IMG/VR virus record: IMGVR_UViG_3300029571_000006 | Direction: 5' to 3' (one strand) | DNA length: 64,000 nt | Source of the DNA: a virus | Taxonomy: Duplodnaviria > Heunggongvirae > Uroviricota > Caudoviricetes | Shown: positions 10,146 to 18,856 of the stretch, piece by piece | Position numbering within the stretch: the stretch's first letter is position 1 | How the letters are laid out: each line of letters begins with the position of its first letter | The notes under the pieces: model-generated | Seen by the model: the letters and a program-made list of their open reading frames with translations, nothing else | The model's database searches: none | Told to the model about the DNA's origin: nothing | Position numbers and translations under genes: made by a program

Positions 10146-11109
10146 ATATATTCACCCCCTTATCTACTGGAGAATCTTTCTCTTCTAATAAATTGTCTTT
10201 GTCCCACACATACTCAACATTCACATACTGTTTTAATTTGTTGATGTTATGATCTTTCTTGATATTTACTTCCTTATCTAATGCGAATACGACACGCACT
10301 CCTAGCTTTGCGAGTAGTTTCATCTGCGCCGGATTCAAATGGCTTGTCAGTAATGCCCCGGTGTTATGTATTCCCCATGAATCTGCAATGAGAACTGACT
10401 TACATCCCTCAAATAAAATGATTTCCTTCTTTTCTAAGATGTATTTCATGTTTTCGTATAATCCATAAATCACACTCATCTCTCCCCATCCGGAAAGATA
10501 TGTATACTTTCGCATTCCTTTCTCTTTCCATTCTGGATCTAAGATTCTTCCACCAATATTCACAATATTTCCATCAATGTCGTGTATTGGATACACAAGT
10601 CTATTTGAGAAACTGTCGTAATACACCTGGAACTTATCAAGAGATTCTCTTGAAATCCCCTCTGCTTCCCATACTTGCAGCTTATCTTCTCTTTTTTCAT
10701 ACTTGACCATGCAATCATCTGGAAATTTCTTAATTTTCGACTCCTTACGTCGCGTCTGTTTCTTCATATACTTTCTGCAAGCCATCGTTGCAGCCATTCT
10801 TCTTCTAGGGACAAATTCTGCTCCATCACACCCTGCATATTTCTTTAAAATATCTACAGCTTTACTCGAATCGCATTGATAATAGAACTTCGTGAATGTG
10901 AATACGTTTCCTCCAATTCCACTTGAGAAGCAATAGAAACTATTGCTCTCTCTGCGGACTGAAAACGACGGTGTTTTCTCTTCGGAAAATGGGCTAAGAC
11001 CCCAGTATTCTCCATTCTTTTCTTCGAGTTCTACAAATTGTGATATGTATTCAACGATATCGATTGAATCAATGAGTTCTTCTAAGTCCACACCGACGTC
11101 TCCTTTCAT
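10108..11109 (-). CDS. dnaG: DNA primase (DnaG-like: CHC2 zinc finger + TOPRIM)
   Basis: CHC2 finger region SPFSEEKTPSFSV...FYCFSSGIGGNVFTF and TOPRIM-like LFEGCKSVLIADSWG. The true start may be the GTG after RBS AAAGGAG (VDLEEL...). Confidence 0.7.
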   Translation of the reverse strand: MKGDVGVDLEELIDSIDIVEYISQFVELEEKNGEYWGLSPFSEEKTPSFSVRRESNSFYCFSSGIGGNVFTFTKFYYQCDSSKAVDILKKYAGCDGAEFVPRRRMAATMACRKYMKKQTRRKESKIKKFPDDCMVKYEKREDKLQVWEAEGISRESLDKFQVYYDSFSNRLVYPIHDIDGNIVNIGGRILDPEWKEKGMRKYTYLSGWGEMSVIYGLYENMKYILEKKEIILFEGCKSVLIADSWGIHNTGALLTSHLNPAQMKLLAKLGVRVVFALDKEVNIKKDHNINKLKQYVNVEYVWDKDNLLEEKDSPVDKGVNIYDSVYEHRLRFK

Positions 11110-11132
11110 GTAAATTATTTTATTAGCTTGAT
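11110..11132. promoter_or_regulatory. 23-bp AT-rich motif copy 2 (1 mismatch), between dnaB and the primase gene
   Basis: gtaaattattttattagcttgat. Confidence 0.4.
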
Positions 11133-11135
11133 GCT

Positions 11136-12467
11136 TTAATAAGGGGTGCTTGGTATATGCTGTTTAGCCTGTTCATATGAAATTAAGTTTCCATTGAACT
11201 GTAAATCTATGTATTCACCGGATGCATGTTGCATACCGTTTCGATTAAGGATAACCCTTAGCTTTTTATTGCCACATTCTGCACCATCAGCTTCAACTTC
11301 TTCCGCTGTCTTATCCTGTATAATTGCAATCGTACTTGCATTTCGTCCAATCTTAGCTGAATCTGCAACTTTACCTGTCGTAGTCGCTTGCGCGGCTCCT
11401 ATTCCACAGATACCCATATCTCCACAAATTTTGTTTTTGACCATATCCACGAAACGTCCAAGTTCCTGATAGCTGTCAAAAGCATCACCGTCCCCTGAAC
11501 CTTTAAAATAATCCACAATCAAAACATCAAGTCCCATCGTATGTTGAACTCTCTTCACAGCAGTGAAGATTGTCTGCTGATCGAACATTGGTATGTATAA
11601 ATGTGTGAATTTTCTTGTTTTCAACCATTTTCTAGCCTCGTCAATTCTTGCTGCTTCTTCTTCGTTGTAATTTCCGGACGTAAGTCTTTTGTATTCGACT
11701 TTTGCTATGTGAGCTAATATTCTGGCTGTGAACATTCTCGTGTTTAACTCACTGTCCAGATATAGAACAGCAAGATTTTTCTTCATAAGGTCAACAGCGC
11801 AATTCAAAAGCATCATTGACTTTCCTTGCTTTGCTTCTGCTGCAAAAATGAATAATTCTCCTGGCTCAATCGTTGCGTATTCATTCAGTGCTGGAAACTT
11901 AAACTGAATTCCGGCATACCCATCTCCCTGCCGTGATTGAATCTCATCCCAGCAGTCATCAACAACGTCTTTGAACATTGGTACATCATTTGCTGTTGAA
12001 AATTCTGTCATCACATCATCAATAATGGAATATATCTTTTCTTCCACGTTGGTTTCAGCCCTGTTGTAGCACAACGCCTGACACTCTTTTAATCTTTGGA
12101 ATGTGTCTCTTCTGAATGCTGCGTCCATAACATTGTCCACAAGCATCTTATATTCTTCCGGTGTGTGTCTCGCAAGAACATCGCTCATCTCCATCAGCTC
12201 ATTCAACTTTTCTACAGATAATTCATCTGCGTACTTCCTCGTCGCTTCTGATGCATTAAGGCTTTCGATGATATTGTATGGGTCAACTGTCGTAATACCT
12301 CTACTAACAAGGTCTCCTATAGCTGTGTACACACATCTGTTTTCTTTATTTGTAAAATGATTGGGTAATAAATATTCGGAATAGAATATGAAATCCGGTT
12401 TATGTATCAATGATGCAATAATACCGGCTTCACTCTCAAGACTATTGATATCGTCTACGCTAGTCAT
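11136..12467 (-). CDS. dnaB: Replicative DNA helicase (DnaB-like)
   Basis: Walker A FIFAAEAKQGKSMMLLN, RecA-like C-terminal domain, DnaB-type N-terminal region. Confidence 0.7.
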   Translation of the reverse strand: MTSVDDINSLESEAGIIASLIHKPDFIFYSEYLLPNHFTNKENRCVYTAIGDLVSRGITTVDPYNIIESLNASEATRKYADELSVEKLNELMEMSDVLARHTPEEYKMLVDNVMDAAFRRDTFQRLKECQALCYNRAETNVEEKIYSIIDDVMTEFSTANDVPMFKDVVDDCWDEIQSRQGDGYAGIQFKFPALNEYATIEPGELFIFAAEAKQGKSMMLLNCAVDLMKKNLAVLYLDSELNTRMFTARILAHIAKVEYKRLTSGNYNEEEAARIDEARKWLKTRKFTHLYIPMFDQQTIFTAVKRVQHTMGLDVLIVDYFKGSGDGDAFDSYQELGRFVDMVKNKICGDMGICGIGAAQATTTGKVADSAKIGRNASTIAIIQDKTAEEVEADGAECGNKKLRVILNRNGMQHASGEYIDLQFNGNLISYEQAKQHIPSTPY

Positions 12468-13273
12468 GATCTAGTCCTCCTCTCGGCTCGTGCTTCTCTA
12501 TCGTAGCAGCAATGATTGCTCAATCCGCAAAGATAGTAGCATGAGAAAAATTCCCGATTAGGATAGAATTCATCTGCGCCTGATATTTCTTCGACTTTAC
12601 TCTGCGCCCATGATAAGGCTTCGTGATATGCGTCTTCGTTAAACGGTTCTTCGATAAACACTCCTGTCCTAAAACAGTTAAAACATAATAATTTCGGCAA
12701 TCTACCATACTTCTGACGTACTGCTTCTGCATATATGTACAGCTGTCGTAGCATCGAATCAAGTTCCTTATCTTTTAATGTAGGTTTTTCTCTCTTACTC
12801 CTCTGCTTTAAGTCTCTTGATTTGTTGTCTACGATAACCAGATCTCCATCTTCCTCTCCCAAGTAATCAATTCTTCCGGTAAAGTTAAGTCCGCCGATCT
12901 TAAAATCTATCTTCTCCTCAACCGAAATCATTTTGAATCTCATAGGTTCTAAAGATTTGATAAACTCTATACCTGACTGAAAATACTTCTGAACCGTTGC
13001 TGACTTTGGTCTGCCAGTCCCCTTAGTACGCTCTTTGAATTGCGTGAGAAACATTATCAGTATTTCTTCTTTAGAATTTTCACCTCTATAATATTTCTCA
13101 AGCAAGTCATGCATGAACAGTCCATAAGCTGCGTAGAATTTATCTTCTTTTTTTAATTTTGGAGTATGTATATATGTCAGGAACCACCTGTAAGGACAGT
13201 CGTCAAATATTTCAAGTCTGCTATAGCTCCAGGTCATCGCCTCAATTAAAGGTCGATAACTTATTTCTCCCAT
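12464..13273 (-). CDS. Cas4/RecB-like PD-(D/E)XK exonuclease with Fe-S cysteine cluster
   Basis: N-terminal Cys (DDCPYRW), GRIDYL...DLVIVDNKS core, QLYIYA, and a C-terminal CYYLCGLSNHCC cluster typical of Cas4-type nucleases. RBS GAGGTGA. Confidence 0.6.
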   Translation of the reverse strand: MGEISYRPLIEAMTWSYSRLEIFDDCPYRWFLTYIHTPKLKKEDKFYAAYGLFMHDLLEKYYRGENSKEEILIMFLTQFKERTKGTGRPKSATVQKYFQSGIEFIKSLEPMRFKMISVEEKIDFKIGGLNFTGRIDYLGEEDGDLVIVDNKSRDLKQRSKREKPTLKDKELDSMLRQLYIYAEAVRQKYGRLPKLLCFNCFRTGVFIEEPFNEDAYHEALSWAQSKVEEISGADEFYPNREFFSCYYLCGLSNHCCYDREARAERRTRS

Positions 13274-13282
13274 CTTTCACCT

Positions 13283-13672
13283 CTAAAATGGAAGCTGTGA
13301 GTCATCAATCTCGCCACTATCTACAGATTTCTGTGGTTCTGTGCTATACCCGGAATTTCCACTTCCACCGCTATTGATTTCTGCCTGTGTCTCAAAGCTG
13401 AAAATCTTGAAATTGGTATATGTCTTCCCTGTCTCTTTGCTGTAGTTGTTTGTGACATCAACATCTCCGAGCTTAATTCTGTCTTTTTCTTTCAGAGACA
13501 GAGCTTTTCTAGCTGCAGCAGTTCCAATGAAATCTACAAACCCGGAAAAATCTGTGTCGTATTCTCCTGTCTGCTTATTCTTTCTGCTGATAGAAATTCT
13601 TGCTTTTGTTCGAGTGTCTGATGCACTTTCTACTGTCCAAATTGTTGCATAGCTTCCTGTTCTAAATCCCAT
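13283..13672 (-). CDS. ssb: Single-stranded DNA-binding protein
   Basis: OB-fold-like N-terminal region, Gly/Ser-rich tail and acidic C-terminus IDDSQLPF (canonical SSB DDDIPF-type tail). Confidence 0.7.
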   Translation of the reverse strand: MGFRTGSYATIWTVESASDTRTKARISISRKNKQTGEYDTDFSGFVDFIGTAAARKALSLKEKDRIKLGDVDVTNNYSKETGKTYTNFKIFSFETQAEINSGGSGNSGYSTEPQKSVDSGEIDDSQLPF

Positions 13673-13698
13673 GTGTGGTTCCGCCTTTCTTATATGTA

Positions 13699-14391
13699 TT
13701 ATTTTGTAATGAATTTCTCATTGAATTTTGCGAGCAAGTCTGCTGCTAATGCAGGCTCTTTAATTGCGAGATAGTTTCCACTCTTAACATATCTCTTAAC
13801 AAATGTTTTTACTTCATCTGATTTTCCAGGATTATCCGCAAGGAATGTTCTTACTTGAGCATCGAACTGAGAAATAATCTCCTCTGCAATCGCTCTATCT
13901 TCTGAAGACTCCGCTTCTTTCTGCTTGCTTCTGTATGCATCTACATCCGAATCAGCCTGTGCGATCTGGAAATAATTGCAAAGGAAGTATCTTGTGCAAT
14001 ATGTAAGACCTGATCCAAGTGCTTGTGACGGGTCACCCTGCGATCCTGTGACAAACCACGGAACCTCGATATAGTCCTCTGGGTCTTCGTCGTTTACCCA
14101 TTTGAAAATCATGTCGGCAGTTACAAGCATCTCCGTTGTCTTTGCTTCATATGCCTCTCCTGTTTTTGTAAATTTCGTTGTTGAAGATACGGACTGTTCT
14201 ACATTTGCGGTTCCTGGAACAATCTGTGGAATCAGCGATACGCCATACTTCTTCATACCTGCTGTAATCTTAGCCAAAATTGTTGTGATATCCGCATAGC
14301 TGTAATTGTATCCACGTTTTTCCTTTGCTACTACATCAGAAATTGCACGAATTTTTGCAAGTTTCTGAATCAGATTTAATGTTTCTGCCAT
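13699..14391 (-). CDS. ERF-family single-strand annealing protein (recombinase)
   Basis: N-terminal pattern LIQKLAKIRAIS...GYNYSYADITTILAKI resembles ERF proteins. Sits in an SSB/exonuclease recombination module. Confidence 0.45.
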   Translation of the reverse strand: MAETLNLIQKLAKIRAISDVVAKEKRGYNYSYADITTILAKITAGMKKYGVSLIPQIVPGTANVEQSVSSTTKFTKTGEAYEAKTTEMLVTADMIFKWVNDEDPEDYIEVPWFVTGSQGDPSQALGSGLTYCTRYFLCNYFQIAQADSDVDAYRSKQKEAESSEDRAIAEEIISQFDAQVRTFLADNPGKSDEVKTFVKRYVKSGNYLAIKEPALAADLLAKFNEKFITK

Positions 14392-14403
14392 AGTTCCTCC
14401 TTG

Positions 14404-14682
14404 TTATACCTCAATAAGCGCACTGAAATTTTTAATGATCTGTTCATTCTTTAATCTTGTATCATCAAGACCATTTCTGGTTCTTGCCAGTTCTGTCTGA
14501 TACTCCTCAATTTCCTTGATTTTCTCACTGATATTCTCATTGATTTCTTTGAGATTATTGATTGTGCCTGTTACAACAGCTACAGCACTATCGTATCTTT
14601 CAACAAACTGTTTGAGTTCCTCATTCTTTTTCTGGAGTACATCGATCTCTACTGTCTCCTTTCCTACATTGCGTCTTCGCAT
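14404..14682 (-). CDS. Hypothetical coiled-coil protein
   Basis: ATG after RBS GGAGGGAG (MRRRNVG...). The upstream part of the track ORF overlaps the HD gene. Confidence 0.3.
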   Translation of the reverse strand: MRRRNVGKETVEIDVLQKKNEELKQFVERYDSAVAVVTGTINNLKEINENISEKIKEIEEYQTELARTRNGLDDTRLKNEQIIKNFSALIEV

Positions 14683-14684
14683 CC

Positions 14685-15263
14685 TTATTCTCCCTCCCTG
14701 ATATATGTAGCACTTTCGTCTGCGACATGTAAAAGCCATGCAAACCAACATTTTTCATATGCCCGTCCAACATCTTTATTGCCGTCCCATACGCTCATAT
14801 GGCAGTTAATAGCCACTGCCTCCGTCGGTGTCAGCTTAATGAAGTTCTGAGCGAGGAACACTGATTTACTTCCGTGACCGCCATAGCAGAATTTTTCTTT
14901 GATTGTAAATGCATCGTAGCTTTCCCACTGATTTGTTTCGCTATTCTTTCGATTTCGCTTTTCAGTAGCATAAAAATTTACTTTGCATAAATCATGAAGC
15001 AGTGCTGCAATAATCACAGATTCCTCTGGCACACTTACTTCCGGATAAGCCTTCAAAAGTCTCTGAGCTTCATCGTAAACATTCAACGAATGCTCACATA
15101 AACCTCCGATGTATGAACCGTGGTACGCATGTGATGCTGGAGCATTGAAAAAATCAGATTCTTCAAGCCACTTAAGCAATTCATCAATACCATCTCTGCT
15201 TACCGAGTTGAGAAGTTCCACTACTCTGTCATGGTTTGCAATTCTCTTTGCTTCTGTAATCAT
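14685..15263 (-). CDS. HD-domain phosphohydrolase
   Basis: HAYHGSY...HSL...LLHDLCK motif (H...HD). Confidence 0.6.
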   Translation of the reverse strand: MITEAKRIANHDRVVELLNSVSRDGIDELLKWLEESDFFNAPASHAYHGSYIGGLCEHSLNVYDEAQRLLKAYPEVSVPEESVIIAALLHDLCKVNFYATEKRNRKNSETNQWESYDAFTIKEKFCYGGHGSKSVFLAQNFIKLTPTEAVAINCHMSVWDGNKDVGRAYEKCWFAWLLHVADESATYIREGE

Positions 15264-15306
15264 TTGTTATCTCCTTTCAGTTTTATTGTGGGCTGTTACA
15301 CCCTAG

Positions 15307-15378
15307 CAGGGGTAGTTGGATTTGAACCAACGAATTTAGCAGTCAAAGTGCTATGCCTTACCGCTTGGCGATACCCCC
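15307..15378 (-). tRNA. tRNA-Gln (anticodon UUG)
   Basis: Cloverleaf by eye: acceptor GGGGGTA/TACCCCT, D-arm GCCAAGCGGTAAGGC, anticodon arm TAGCA-CTTTGAC-TGCTA (UUG), T-arm GTTGG-TTCAAAT-CCAAC, discriminator G. Close to E. coli tRNA-Gln. Confidence 0.7.
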
Positions 15379-15383
15379 ATACT

Positions 15384-15406
15384 GTAAATTATTTTATTAG
15401 CATGAT
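15384..15406. promoter_or_regulatory. 23-bp AT-rich motif copy 3 (identical to copy 1), directly upstream of the tRNA-Gln 5' end
   Basis: In gene direction the TAAAAT lies ~12 nt before tRNA position 1; TTCAAT is 17 nt upstream. Confidence 0.4.
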
Positions 15407-15468
15407 ATATGTAATTGAAAGCCCACTCTGTAGCAGGCGATCAATATGGCTATTAGCCTAATATGAAC

Positions 15469-16425
15469 TTATAAAAACCATGCAAGTTTCCATCTTTCAT
15501 AGTCTTCTTCATAATCTCTTACAAGCTGTCTATGTTTCGCTTCTATTGTGTTTCTTCCGCTATCCAGCTTGTATGTCTTCCCCTCCATCTGCTGAGATAC
15601 GATTGCATTAAAATCTGGAGGTACTCCAATGGTTTCTTGCTCGTACATTCTGTAGAAAACTCCAGAAATCCATACTCTAAAGTAACTCAATTTCATCGGC
15701 GTGTTGTCGCTTTTATTCTTCGATCTTCTCGATAGCTCAACTCTCAATGCCTTTATTGTTAAGGCGGATCTTATTCCTCGAATCAATGTATCACCGGCTG
15801 CTCTTTCCTTTCGTATCTCATGTGAATAATTTGGATGTAGGAATGCAAAGCTATCTAATTCAACACAATTATGAAAAGCCTCCAACCCTTCTGGATAGAT
15901 AGGAACAACCGTATATTTCTTATCGTATTTTACCGTGAGAGTTTTAAAATCAACATCTGAGCATTTTACATTTAAGATGTCCTCCTCATCCATTCCAGCG
16001 TATGCCAACCAATAATAACATCTATATATATTATCAGTCGCCTGTCTCTCCGCCGGTTCGCATATTGCATTCAAATAATTCTGCAGATGCTTCGGATTTG
16101 CTATCGTTTGCTGTTTTACTTTATCAAGCCCAACAGTCTTAATCTCTAGCATTCCTGGACTTGCTCCGTCAATCCCCATCTCTATGCACCATTTTACATA
16201 CTCTTTTAATAGAATGAGTTTTGACCACTTGCTTCTTGCTCTAAATCCTGCAAGCTGATTTACCATCGGTTGAAGCTCTTCTGCAGATCTCGTGCATAAA
16301 TCTGCTCCCCATCCTTCTTCAAATTGCTCTGTGCTATTGAATATTGACTCACATAATTTCAATTTGTACGGTGTCGAAGCAACCGTTTCTCTCATAAATC
16401 GATGTTTCACTTCTTCATTATACAT
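15469..16425 (-). CDS. Hypothetical protein (318 aa)
   Basis: Long ORF 9 bp downstream of the MazF-like gene. No motif I can name with confidence. Confidence 0.4.
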   Translation of the reverse strand: MYNEEVKHRFMRETVASTPYKLKLCESIFNSTEQFEEGWGADLCTRSAEELQPMVNQLAGFRARSKWSKLILLKEYVKWCIEMGIDGASPGMLEIKTVGLDKVKQQTIANPKHLQNYLNAICEPAERQATDNIYRCYYWLAYAGMDEEDILNVKCSDVDFKTLTVKYDKKYTVVPIYPEGLEAFHNCVELDSFAFLHPNYSHEIRKERAAGDTLIRGIRSALTIKALRVELSRRSKNKSDNTPMKLSYFRVWISGVFYRMYEQETIGVPPDFNAIVSQQMEGKTYKLDSGRNTIEAKHRQLVRDYEEDYERWKLAWFL

Positions 16426-16434
16426 CTGCTCCTC

Positions 16435-16863
16435 CTAATTAGCTATTGCATTTAATGCTAACGCTTTCTGCCAAACACTCATCAGTAAGTCGGGATCTAT
16501 GAATGATATTGCTGATGAAGATAATATATTTCCAACTGCAACCTGTGCCATATATTCTTCCGGTAATGTTGTAATATATTCTCCCAATTTGTACTTTGAC
16601 ATACATTCTGGATTTTCACATAATACCATACTGTCCTTACGGAGTCCGACCTCCTTTGGTATGAATACATGCGTTGGTTGTGTTGTTTTCTTCAATGCAC
16701 TTGTCAGTGGTAATACAATTAAGTTAGGACTATGCTGATTTCCCACATTATTTTGGAATACTAAGCCAGGTCTATAACCCTTTTGTTCGTTTCCATTTCC
16801 ATTGAAATATACGAGGTATATGTCTCCTATCTTTGGATTTCTGATGTTGTTACTGTTCTTCAA
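16435..16863 (-). CDS. MazF/EndoA (PemK)-family endoribonuclease toxin
   Basis: GDIYLVYF...GNEQKGYRPGLVFQNNVGNQHSPNLIVLPLTSALKKTTQPTHVFIP aligns closely with B. subtilis EndoA/MazF. TTG start after RBS AAAGGAG. Confidence 0.8.
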   Translation of the reverse strand: MKNSNNIRNPKIGDIYLVYFNGNGNEQKGYRPGLVFQNNVGNQHSPNLIVLPLTSALKKTTQPTHVFIPKEVGLRKDSMVLCENPECMSKYKLGEYITTLPEEYMAQVAVGNILSSSAISFIDPDLLMSVWQKALALNAIAN

Positions 16864-16912
16864 AGGCTGCCACTCCTTTCACTGTAATTTGTTTCTGTTG
16901 TTTTACAGTTAA

Positions 16913-16941
16913 AGAATAGCATACTCTCCCCAATATGTCAA
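16913..16941 (-). promoter_or_regulatory. Sigma-A-like promoter upstream of the MazF-like gene (TTGACA-N17-TATTCT) abutting an AT-rich motif copy
   Basis: Minus-strand reading GTAAATTATTTTTTTAGCTTGACATATTGGGGAGAGTATGCTATTCT. Weak -10. Confidence 0.3.
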
Positions 16942-16959
16942 GCTAAAAAAATAATTTAC
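16937..16959. promoter_or_regulatory. 23-bp AT-rich motif copy 4, inverted orientation, upstream of the MazF-like promoter
   Basis: Plus strand gtcaagctaaaaaaataatttac = reverse orientation of the motif. Confidence 0.3.
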
Positions 16960-17321
16960 TTGTTAAAAATCTCAGCAACAACTGTATATGTATGATTATC
17001 AATGTCATTTGATATATTACCGCATACAATTTCCATTAAAATTCCATACTCAAGTTCTTCTATGTACGCATATTTCACTTTTTCGATGACTATATATTGC
17101 CCTTTATCTGGCGAATCGCACCTACTGTGTATGAAAATTTTATTCGGATTAAATAATACATCAAGCTGCTCGAATATCATACTACATCTGAGTGTGTAAT
17201 TGTTAATATTGCTCTGATAATTACTTGAAAAAATATACTTATTATACCTTTCTTTTGAAAGGTAATCTTTTAATTCAACAATCGAAACTTTTTTATGATT
17301 ATTCCCGATTTTCCCATTCAT
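16956..17321 (-). CDS. Hypothetical protein
   Basis: 121-codon ORF. Confidence 0.35.
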   Translation of the reverse strand: MNGKIGNNHKKVSIVELKDYLSKERYNKYIFSSNYQSNINNYTLRCSMIFEQLDVLFNPNKIFIHSRCDSPDKGQYIVIEKVKYAYIEELEYGILMEIVCGNISNDIDNHTYTVVAEIFNK

Positions 17322-17486
17322 TTGCAGTATTCCTCCATTGACTTTTTAGCAGTGGTGTGGCATACTACAATCAGAATATGTGTTCTATAGTGGGCATGTA
17401 TTCATGATCGTAGTGGCTGATTCATGTCGCTCCACTACCGATTCAGAAGCCGTGTGAAAGTGGTTGTTTGCGCGGTCTGATGTTAA

Positions 17487-17524
17487 GTAGCTGTGTTTCG
17501 TGGTTGTTTCACAGCTACTTTTTT
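17487..17524 (+). terminator. Rho-independent terminator on the plus strand (GTAGCTGTG...CACAGCTAC + TTTTTT)
   Basis: 9-bp perfect stem followed by a T6 run. Implies a plus-strand transcript in an otherwise minus-strand region. Confidence 0.45.
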
Positions 17525-17572
17525 ATTGAGAAATGTTCGGTCGTCACACGAACATTCGTTCGGTTTATTGTA

Positions 17573-17601
17573 ATTTTATCATGTATCTTATTGACTGTCA
17601 A
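17573..17601 (-). promoter_or_regulatory. Consensus-like promoter TTGACA-N17-TAAAAT reading toward gene 16956..17321
   Basis: Minus strand TTGACAGTCAATAAGATACATGATAAAAT. The palindrome AATGTTCG-N9-CGAACATT lies immediately downstream of the -10. Confidence 0.45.
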
Positions 17602-17625
17602 TGCATATTTGGCAGCTGGAAGAAA

Positions 17626-18267
17626 TTACCAGAGTTGTCTAATATTGGGATTCCATTTCTTATTTCTTGGTGGGATATTGTGCTCCCAATATAGTTGTCC
17701 ACGACATAAATCATCGTAATACTCGTTCTCCTGCGAACTCGCAATACTGTGACCAGGAACAAACATCATTCGTATCTCCGGATAATACGTTTGGATATTC
17801 TTTTCTATGTGTTTGCATGTTCGGATGGTTTGATCAGTTTTTTCTACGCTTCCAGCAAGAGGATATGCCTTGGAAAACATTCTTGGAATTTTGCCTTTTT
17901 TTGATAAAAGAAGATGATATGCTTTTCCCCATGATGCATATATCGTAGAAATTTCCCACTCAAACTTTGCATCATCCTGGAAGAGCTTTTTCCAACAAAC
18001 GCCATATACATCTTCCAATTCCGTAGAAATCGAGTCCAACGTCTGCCATCTCGTATCCTCGTTTTTTAACAATGATTTAACAAACAGTTCTTCCTCATGT
18101 GTTGCATTTATCTTCTTATTGATTTCTTCCGCATCATTTTCTTTCTTCTGAGCAATCTCTACGTTTGTCTTCTCATCAATATATTTATATCCCCAGTAAA
18201 TTCCACCGACTAAAACGATCACAATACCCCACATAATACCTCCTATGCGGAGGCTTCGACTATACAA
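17626..18267 (-). CDS. Hypothetical membrane-anchored protein
   Basis: N-terminal hydrophobic segment (MWGIVIVLVGGIYWGY). Probable internal start. Confidence 0.35.
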   Translation of the reverse strand: MYSRSLRIGGIMWGIVIVLVGGIYWGYKYIDEKTNVEIAQKKENDAEEINKKINATHEEELFVKSLLKNEDTRWQTLDSISTELEDVYGVCWKKLFQDDAKFEWEISTIYASWGKAYHLLLSKKGKIPRMFSKAYPLAGSVEKTDQTIRTCKHIEKNIQTYYPEIRMMFVPGHSIASSQENEYYDDLCRGQLYWEHNIPPRNKKWNPNIRQLW

Positions 18268-18473
18268 TCTTTTGCGTTATCTATTTGTTCGACAGCCTCC
18301 TCTAATCTCTCTATTGCATCTTCCATTTTCTGACATCTCTCACTATCAAGAAGATTTTCCGGCATATTATCCAAGCAATCCTGCTCTGAATCTAATGCCA
18401 TCTGCACCATCCCGGATGCCTGATCCAGCAGACCTGTTGCATTTTTTAACAGTTCTCGCCTTTTATTATTCAC
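18243..18473 (-). CDS. Hypothetical acidic protein
   Basis: 76-codon ORF. Confidence 0.3.
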   Translation of the reverse strand: MNNKRRELLKNATGLLDQASGMVQMALDSEQDCLDNMPENLLDSERCQKMEDAIERLEEAVEQIDNAKDCIVEASA

Positions 18474-18487
18474 GCAGATACCTCCGC

Positions 18488-18856
18488 CTACATCGCTTTA
18501 TCCCATACACTTGGGAACACGAATTTCACGCACATCGCTTCTCTTTCTTTTGACTTTTCAAATCCAAACTCTATGGCTCTCTCCACGAGCTGATGGAATT
18601 GATGTTCTTTGGATTCGATGGTCAAATCTTCGCACTCAACAGTAATGCAGATTGTCATCTTAATATCATCGATATCAACATCAATAGAATCACCATCAAA
18701 CTCTTTTAAAATCCCGTCGATTGCATCACAATACTCATGCAAAATATCAAGTTTTTCCTGATCGACTTTCCATAATGGTTTGAACTGATTGCTTCCTTCT
18801 TCCACAACCATATTTACCACATCAAAACATTTAATTACTCTTCCCATTGCAATCAT
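18488..18856 (-). CDS. Hypothetical protein
   Basis: 122-codon ORF. Confidence 0.3.
   Translation of the reverse strand: MIAMGRVIKCFDVVNMVVEEGSNQFKPLWKVDQEKLDILHEYCDAIDGILKEFDGDSIDVDIDDIKMTICITVECEDLTIESKEHQFHQLVERAIEFGFEKSKEREAMCVKFVFPSVWDKAM

Noticed and set aside
15469-16425. 318-aa protein as a second tyrosine recombinase next to tRNA-Gln
   Set aside because: It lacks the HxxR and terminal Tyr box arrangement. The similarity is limited to scattered R/K/Y residues, so it is left as hypothetical.
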